Source of the DNA: Utricularia gibba
Lineage: Eukaryota; Plantae; Magnoliophyta
Assembly (NCBI GenBank): GCA_002189035.1
Contig: NEEC01000047.1
Location: 1-59,886 of the forward strand
DNA length: 59,886 bases
Direction of reading: 5' to 3'
Part shown: positions 51,842-59,886 of the stretch, in pieces
Numbering within the stretch: the first letter of the stretch is position 1
Layout: each line of letters starts with the position of its first letter
Position numbers and translations under genes: made by a program
Notes under the pieces: generated by a model
What the model was told of the DNA's origin: nothing
Databases searched by the model: none
What the model saw: only the letters and a program-made list of their open reading frames with translations

Positions 51842-53573
51842 TGTTACAACCCTGCATCATTGATCCTGATGTACCCCCTTCGTATCGTTGGACGACACAT
51901 CAGTGGTGAAGTACTTGGCTAGAGTCCATGGGTTGGACTTTACGGTCCTATGGACGTGCGCATCAGTGCTGGTCTAATCTCCACGCATCCTCATATCTTT
52001 CAACGGCCGCGATAATAGACCAACGGTCTCCTTGTCCAGTCCATTCGCTAAGGAGTCCAGAACACCTGAAGTAACGGCAAAGCTTGCGAGGCCCGTCCAG
52101 CAACGGAGAAAAGAAAGAAGTAGTGCGCATGGATGTGAACGCCTAAAAGAGCGTGGGAGTTTGCACTAGAGACCATCAACCCGTTGAATCGTGTCGATGC
52201 TTGAGGAAGACGACCACCCATTCATCTTTGTACGTTGCATCGACCTGGTTGAAAGTGAGGACGGAAAATTGGCTACACTCGTAAAGGTGCACGAGCAGTA
52301 TGCTCAATCGGATGATGGTCAAGCCGTTAGCATACGGAAAACACACTCGCGTGTTGCGCACGCGGCTTTAACGATTGCTTAACCGAGTGATCCCTTCTCT
52401 ATCTCCATCCACAATCTGGGTAAAAGGCATCCGGAGGTCAGCATTGGAATGTCGTAAGGTATGAAGTATGCATGTTGCAAGGCGTGACCTGCTTGCGAAG
52501 CAATACCGATCCATTCCACGTTACCCGCTTCTTTGCAAAGCCTGGAGGGAGAATGGAATTTTGCAGGAAGGAGTGGATGCCATGGGGTCGAATTATAAGG
52601 GGAGGTGTGCGTTTGTTCCGTGAAAGTGAGGACGGTGGATTCGAAGGCTACACTCGTAAAGGTGCACGAGCAGTATGCTGAATCGGATGATGGTCAAGCC
52701 GTTAGCATACGGAACACACTCGCGTGTTGCGCACGCGGCTTTAACGATTGCTTAACCAAGTGATCCCTTCTCTATCTCCATCCACAATGGGTAAAAGGCA
52801 TCCGGAGGTCAGGCATTGGAATGTCGTAAGGTATGAAGTATGCATGTTGCAAGGCGTGACCTGCTTGCGAAGCAATACCGATCCATTCCACGTTACCTTC
52901 TTTGCAAAGCCTGGAGGGAGAATGGAATTTTGCATCAGGAGTGGATGCCATGGGGTCGAATTATAAGGGGAGGTGTGCGTTTGTTCCGTGAGCTATGTGG
53001 ATTCGAAGCACAAGTGCTGGGTGGTCGAGTTATGGACTTTGGGTTAGGAGGCTACACTCTGGATCCACGACGATATGTTCTTCGATGCTCTATGACTCAT
53101 TTCTCATTCAATGATGTCCACTCAATAGTAGCTTACGTGGCTCGCAACGTATGTTTGATATAGATGACATCCTTTAACCTGTATGGTCGAAGGTTTTCTC
53201 CTCCCAACGTATAGCGGCATGCCCACTTTCGTGTCCAAATATTCAGGAGGTCGGGGTGGTAGCCATCTAACGGCTGGATAGCACATCCACATCGTATGTG
53301 CTCCGTAGAATGAATCCGAAAATGTTAATGTTTCCAACGCACGTTGTTGGAGATCGGGAAAGTACATGGAGTGTCCTTGGCCACATTCTAGTATTCATTG
53401 GATGCTGGCTGAGTTTGTTGCACAACAAAACACCCTCAAACGAGTAGCGATGGTGCACCATGATCCGCCATGGAGTGAACTCGTGACTCCTCTGCGTAAG
53501 TCTCACTTTGTTTTCCATGGAAGATCATAAGGGAAAGCAATAGGAAAAACTAAGAAGTACTTGGTATCGTTGG
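51842..53573 (+). repeat. Long unit 39 (1732 bp) with a ~370-bp internal duplication and an interleaved junction
   Basis: At 52621-52660 the sequence switches from about unit position 787 back to about 435 and repeats the middle of the unit. Confidence 0.9.
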
Positions 53574-53891
53574 TGTTACAACCCTGCATCATTGATCCTG
53601 ATGTACCCCCTTCGTATCGTTGGACGACACATCAGTGGTGAAGTACTTGGTTAGAGTCCATGGGTTGGACTTTACGGTCCTATGGACGTGCGCATCAGTG
53701 CTGGTCTAATCTCCACGCATCCTCATATCTTTCAACGGCCGCGATAATAGACCAACGGTCTCCTTGTCCAGTCCATTCGCTAAGGAGTCCAGAACACCTG
53801 AAGGTAACGGTAAAGCTTGCGAGCCCGTCCAGCAACGGAGAAAAGAAAGGAAGTAGTGCGCATGGATGTGAACGCCTAAAGAGCGTGGGAG

Positions 53892-53972
53892 TTTGCACTA
53901 GAGACCATCAACCGTTGAATCGTGTCGATGCTTTGCACTAGAGACCATCAACCCGTTGAATCGTGTCGATGC
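53892..53972 (+). repeat. 41-bp tandem duplication inside unit 40
   Basis: TTTGCACTAGAGACCATCAACC(C)GTTGAATCGTGTCGATGC occurs twice. The second copy is 53932-53972; the first lacks one C. Confidence 0.93.
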
Positions 53973-56900
53973 TTGAGGGAAGACGACCACCCATTCATCT
54001 TTGTACGTTGCATCGGACCTGGTTGAAAGTGAGGACGGAAAATTGGCTACACTCGTGAAGGTGCACGAGCAGTATGCTCAATCGGATGATGGTCAAGCCG
54101 TTAGCATACGGAAAACACACTCGCGTGTTGCGCACGCGGCTTTAACGATTGCTTAACCGAGTGATCCCTTCTCTATCTCCATCCACAATCTGGGTAAAAG
54201 GCATCGGAGGTCAGGCATTGGAATGTCGTAAGGTATGAAGTATGCATGTTGCAAGGCGTGACCTGCTTGCGAAGCAATACCGATCCATTCCACGTTACCC
54301 GCTTCTTTGCAAAGCCTGGAGGGAGAATGGAATTTTGCATCAGGAGTGGATGCCATGGGGGTCGAATTATAAGGGGACGTGTGCGTTTGTTCCGTGAGCT
54401 ATGTGGATTCGAAGCACAAGTGCTGGGTGGTCGAGTTATGGACTTTGGTTAGGAGTGGCTACACTCTGGATCCACGATCGATATGTTCTTCGATGCTCTA
54501 TGACTCATTTCTCATTCAATGATGTCCACTCAATAGTAGCTTACGTGGCTCGCAACGTATGTTTGATATAGATGACATCCTTAACCTGTATGGTCGAAGG
54601 TTTTCTCCTCCCAAACGTATAGCGGCATGCCCACTTTCGTGTCCAAATATTCAGGAGGTCGGGGTGGTAGCCATCTAACGGCTGGATAGCACATCCACAT
54701 CGTATGTGCTCCGTAGAATGAATCCGAAAATGTTAATGTTTCCAACGCACGTTGTTGGAGATCGGGAAAGTACATGGAGTGTCCTTGGCCACATTCTAGT
54801 ATTCATTGGATGCTGGCTGAGTTTGTTGCACAACAAAACACCCTCAAACGAGTAGCGATGGTGCACCATGATCCGCCATGGAGTGAACTCGTGACTCCTC
54901 TGCGTAAGTCTCACTTTGTTTCCATGGAAGATCATAAGGGAAAGCAATAGGAAAAACTAAGAAGTACTTGGTATCGTTGATGTTACAACCCTGCATCATT
55001 GATCCTGATGTACCCCCTTCGTATCGTTGGACGACATCAGTGTGAAGTACTTGGCTAGAGTCCATGGGTTGGACTTTACGGTCCTATGGACGTGCGCATC
55101 AGTGCTGGTCTAATCTCCACGCATCCTCATATCTTTCAACGGCCGCGATAATAGACCAACGGTCTCCTTGTCCAGTCCATTCGCTAAGGAGTCCACACCT
55201 GAAGGTAACGGCAAAGCTTGCGAGGCCCGTCCAGCAACGGAGAAAAGAAAGGAAGTAGTGCGCATGGATGTGAACGCCTAAAAGAGCGTGGGAGTTTGCA
55301 CTAGAGACCATCAACCCGTTGAATCGTGTCGATGCTTGAGGGAAGACGACCACCCATTCATCTTTGTACGTTGCATCGGACCTGGTTGAAAGTGAGGACG
55401 GAAAATTGGCTACACTCGTGAAGGTGCACGAGCAGTATGCTCAATCGGATGATGGTCAAGCCGTTAGCATACGGAAAACACACTCGCGTGTTGCGCACGC
55501 GGCTTTAACGATTGCTTAACCGAGTGATCCCTTCTCTATGTCCATCCACAATCTGGGTAAAAGGCATCCGGAGGTCAGGCATTGGAATGTCGTAAGTATG
55601 TTGCAAGGCGTGACCTGCTTGCGAAGCAATACCGATCCATTCCACGTTACCCGCTTCTTTGCAAAGCCTGGAGGGAGAATGGAATTTTCAGGAGTGGATG
55701 CCATGGGGGTCGAATTATAAGGGGAGGTGTGCGTTTGTTCCGTGAGCTATGTGGATTCGAAGCACAAGTGCTGGGTGGTCGAGTTATGGACTTTGGGTTA
55801 GGAGTGGCTACACTCTGGATCCACGATCGATATGTTCTTCGATGCTCTATTTTCTCATCAATGATGTCCACTCAATAGTAGCTTACGTGGCTCGCAACGT
55901 ATGTTTGATATAGATGACATCCTTTAACCTGTATGGTCGAAGGTTTTCTCCTCCCAAACGTATAGCGGCATGCCCACTTTCGTGTCCAAATATTCAGGAG
56001 GTCGGGGTGGTAGCCATCTAACGGCTGGATAGCACATCCACATCGTATGTGCTCCGTAGAATGAATCCGAAAATGTTAATGTTTCCAACGCACGTTGTTG
56101 GAGATCGGGAAAGTACATGGAGTGTCCTTGGCCACATTCTAGTATTCATTGGATGCTGGCTGAGTTTGTTGCACAACAAAACACCCTCAAACGAGTAGCG
56201 ATGGTGCACCATGATCCGCCATGGAGTGAACTCGTGACTCCTCTGCGTAAGTCTCACTTTGTTTCCATGGAAGATCATAAGGGAAAGCAATAGGAAAACT
56301 AAGAAGTACTTGGTATCGTTGATGTTACAACCCTGCATCATTGATCCTGATGTACCCCCTTCGTATCGTTGGACGACACATCAGTGGTGAAGTACTTTTA
56401 GAGTCCATGGGTTGGACTTTACGGTCCTATGGACGTGCGCATCAGTGCTGGTCTAATCTCCACGCATCCTCATATCTTTCAACGGCCGCGATAATAGACC
56501 AACGGTCTCCTTGTCCAGTCCATTCGCTAAGGAGTCCAGAACACCTGAAGGTAACGGCAAAGCTTGCGAGGCCCGTCCAGCAACGGAGAAAAGAAAGGAA
56601 GTAGTGCGCATGGATGTGAACGCCTAAAAGAGCGTGGGAGTTTGCACTAGAGACCATCAACCCGTTGAATCGTGTCGATGCTTGAGGAAGACGACCACCC
56701 ATTCATCTTTGTACGTTGCATCGGACCTGGTTGAAAGTGAGACGGAAAATTGGCTACACTCGTGAAGGTGCACGAGCAGTATGCTCAATCGGATGATGGT
56801 CAAGCCGTTAGCATACGGAAAACACACTCGCGTGTTGCGCACGCGGCTTTAACGATTGCTTAACCGAGTGATCCCTTCTCTATCTCCATCCACAATCTGG

Positions 56901-59035
56901 GTAAAAGGCATCCGGAGGTCAGGCATTGGAATGTCGTAAGGTATGAAGTATGCATGTTGCAAGGCGTGACCTGCTTGCGAAGCAATACCGATCCATTCCA
57001 CGTTACCCGCTTCTTTGCAAAGCCTGGAGGAGAATGGAATTTTGCATCAGGAGTGGATGCCATGGGGGTCGATTATAAGGGGACGTGTGCGTTTGTTCCG
57101 TGAGCTATGTGGATTCGAAGCACAAGTGCTGGGTGGTCGAGTTATGGACTTTGGGTTAGGAGTGGCTACACTCTGGATCCACGATCGATATGTTCTTCGA
57201 TGCTCTATGACTCATTTCTCATTCAATGATGTCCACTCAATAGTAGCTTACGTGGCTCGCAACGTATGTTTGATATAGATGACATCCTTTAACCTGTATG
57301 GTCGAAGGTTTTCTCCTCCCAAACGTATAGCGGCATGCCCACTTTCGTGTCCAAATATTCAGGAGGTCGGGTAGCCATCTAACGGCTGGATAGCACATCC
57401 ACATCGTATGTGCTCCGTAGAATGAATCCGAAAATGTTAATGTTTCCAACGCACGTTGTTGGAGATCGGGAAAGTACATGGAGTGTCCTTGGCCACATTC
57501 TAGTATTCATTGGATGCTGCTGCTGAGTTTGTTGCACAACAAAACACCCTCAAACGAGTAGCGATGGTGCACCATGATCCGCCATGGAGTGAACTCGTGA
57601 CTCCTCTGCGTAAGTCTCACTTTGTTTCCATGGAAGATCATAAGGGAAAGCAATAGGAAAAACTAAGAAGTACTTGGTATCGTTGTGTTACAACCCTGCA
57701 TCATTGATCCTGATGTACCCCCTTCGTATCGTTGGACGACACATCAGTGGTGAAGTACTTGGCTAGAGTCCATGGGTTGGACTTTACGGTCCTATGGACG
57801 TGCGCATCAGTGCTGGTCTAATCTCCACGCATCCATATCTTTCAACGGCCGCGATAATAGACCAACGGTCTCCTTGTCCAGTCCATTCGCTAAGGAGTCC
57901 AGAACACCTGAAGGTAACGGCAAAGCTTGCCCGTCCAGCAACGGAGAAAAGAAAGGAAGTAGTGCGCATGGATGTGAACGCCTAAAAGAGCGTGGGAGTT
58001 TGCACTAGAGACCATCAACCCGTTGAATCGTGTCGATGCTTGAGGGAAGACGACCACCCATTCATCTTTGTACGTTGCATCGGACCTGGTTGAAAGTGAG
58101 GACGGAAAATTGGCTACACTCGTAAAGGTGCACGAGCAGTATGCTCAATCGGATGATGGTCAAGCCGTTAGCATACACACACTCGCGTGTTGCGCACGCG
58201 GCTTTAACGATTGCTTAACCGAGTGATCCCTTCTCTATCTCCATCCACAATCTGGGTAAAAGGCATCCGGAGGTCAGGCATTGGAATGTCGTAAGGTATG
58301 AAGTATGCATGTTGCAAGGCGTGACCTGCTTGCGAAGCAATACCGATCCATTCCACGTTACCCGCTTCTTTGCAAAGCCTGGAGGAGAATGGAATTTTGC
58401 ATCAGGAGTGGATGCCATGGGGTCGAATTATAAGGGGACGTGTGCGTTTGTTCCGTGAGCTATGTGGATTCGAAGCACAAGTGCTGGGTGGTCGAGTTAT
58501 GGACTTTGGGTTAGGAGTGGCTACACTCTGGATCCACGATCGATATGTTCTTCGATGCTCTATGACTCATTTCTCATTCAATGATGTCCACTCAATAGTA
58601 GCTTACGTGGCTCGCAACGTATGTTTGATATAGATGACATCCTTTAACCTGTATGGTCGAAGGTTTTCTCCTCCCAAACGTATAGCGCATGCCCACTTTC
58701 GTGTCCAAATATTCAGGAGGTCGGTGGTAGCCATCTAACGGCTGGATAGCACATCCACATCGTATGTGCTCCGTAGAATGAATCCGAAAATGTTAATGTT
58801 TCCAACGCACGTTGTTGAGATCGGGAAAGTACATGGAGTGTCCTTGGCCACATTCTAGTATTCATTGGATGCTGGCTGAGTTTGTTGCACAACAAAACAC
58901 CCTCAAACGAGTAGCGATGGTGCACCATGATCCGCCATGGAGTGAACTCGTGACTCCTCTGCGTAAGTCTCACTTTGTTTCCATGGAAGATCATAAAAGC
59001 AATAGGAAAAACTAAGAAGTACTTGGTATCGTTGA

Positions 59036-59886
59036 TGTTACAACCCTGCATCATTGATCCTGATGTACCCCCTTCGTATCGTTGGACGACACATCAGTGG
59101 TGAAGTACTTGGCTAGTCCATGGGTTGGACTTTACGGTCCTATGGACGTGCGCATCAGTGCTGGTCTAATCTCCACGCATCCTCATATTTTTCAACGGCC
59201 GCGATAATAGACCAACGGTCTCCTTGTCCAGTCCATTCGCTAAGGAGTCCAGAACACCTGAAGGTAACGGCAAAGCTTGCGAGGCCCGTCCAGCAACGGA
59301 GAAAAGAAAGGAAGTAGTGCGCATGGATGTGAACGCCTAAAAGAGCGTGGAGTTTGCACTAGAGACCATCAACCCGTTGAATCGTGTCGATGCTTGAGGA
59401 GAAGACGACCACCCATTCATCTTTGTACGTTGCATCGGACCTGGTTGAAAGTGAGGACGGAAAATTGGCTACACTCGTGAAGGTGCACGAGCAGTATGCT
59501 GAATCGGATGATGGTCAAGCCGTTAGCATACGGAAACACACTCGCGTGTTGCGCACGCGGCTTTAACGATTGCTTAACCGAGTGATCCCTTCTCTATGTC
59601 CATCCACAATCTGGTAAAAGGCATCCGGAGGTCAGGCATTGGAATGTCGTAAGGTATGAAGTATGCATGTTGCAAGGCGTGACCTGCTTGCGAAGCAATA
59701 CCGATCCATTCCACGTTACCCGCTTCTTTGCAAAGCCTGGAGGGAGAATGGAATTTTGCATCAGGAGTGGATGCCATGGGGTCGAATTATAAGGGAGGTG
59801 TGCGTTTGTTCCGTGAGCTATGTGGATTCGAAGCACAAGTGCTGGGTGGTCGAGTTATGGACTTTGGGTTAGGAGTGGCTACACTC
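59036..59886 (+). repeat. Partial unit 44, cut by the window end
   Basis: Starts TGTTACAACC at 59036 and ends at GGAGTGGCTACACTC (unit position ~857). Confidence 0.95.

Larger units (their letters stand above)
1..59886 (+). repeat. Head-to-tail tandem array of a ~1.37-kb unit (43 units plus a partial 44th); macrosatellite or concatemer of a small circular element
   Basis: The same sequence and ORF set recur every 1369-1372 bp (MGWTLRSYG ORF at 87, 1457, 2828, 4200 ... 59120). All units have the same orientation and there is no unique flanking DNA. Confidence 0.99.

Noticed and set aside
87-59872. The ~300 ORFs in the track (MGWTL..., MLQGV..., MYFPD..., MLSLM..., MASTP..., MVVFP...) as real CDSs
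   Set aside because: They are the same few overlapping 60-132 aa frames on both strands, with no recognisable motif, and recurrent indels break several of them. Longer ones (149 aa, 194 aa) arise only at rearranged junctions.
1-59886. CRISPR array
   Set aside because: There is no short repeat with unique spacers and no cas gene; the period is 1.37 kb.
1-59886. One rolling-circle read from a single template
   Set aside because: Linked variants persisting over runs of neighbouring units and then switching do not fit one template with random errors. A multi-molecule consensus remains possible.

Overview
The whole window is one head-to-tail tandem array: 43 units plus a partial 44th of a ~1,370-1,372 bp sequence, with most units differing at only a few sites. 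The unit is roughly 50% GC by eye and is not CpG-depleted. I recognise no gene, rRNA, tRNA, CRISPR array or transposon in it. The ~300 track ORFs are mostly the same few short frames repeated per unit, with no recognisable family motif. Unit starts (phase TGTTACAACC): 1, 1371, 2742, 4114, 5486, 6858, 8228, 9600, 10970, 12340, 13709, 15079, 16450, 17819, 19189, 20559, 21929, 23301, 24671, 25583, 26955, 28327, 29698, 31069, 32374, 33745, 35334, 36705, 38076, 39448, 40820, 42191, 43562, 44934, 46364, 47733, 49102, 50473, 51842, 53574, 54981, 56323, 57686, 59036. About ten recurrent variants form regional haplotype blocks. Six units carry larger deletions or duplications, three with mosaic junctions that look like consensus or basecalling artefacts. 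Private errors rise at both ends, which suggests a whole long-read contig with thin ends. Two explanations remain: a chromosomal macrosatellite, or a concatemer of a small circular element with no recognisable replication gene. The sequence alone cannot separate them. Inside the unit the most notable signals are a stop-depleted 306-codon frame whose internal stops are all TAA/TAG, a three-hairpin cluster, a palindrome cluster, and nested direct repeats across the unit junction. All counts are by hand.
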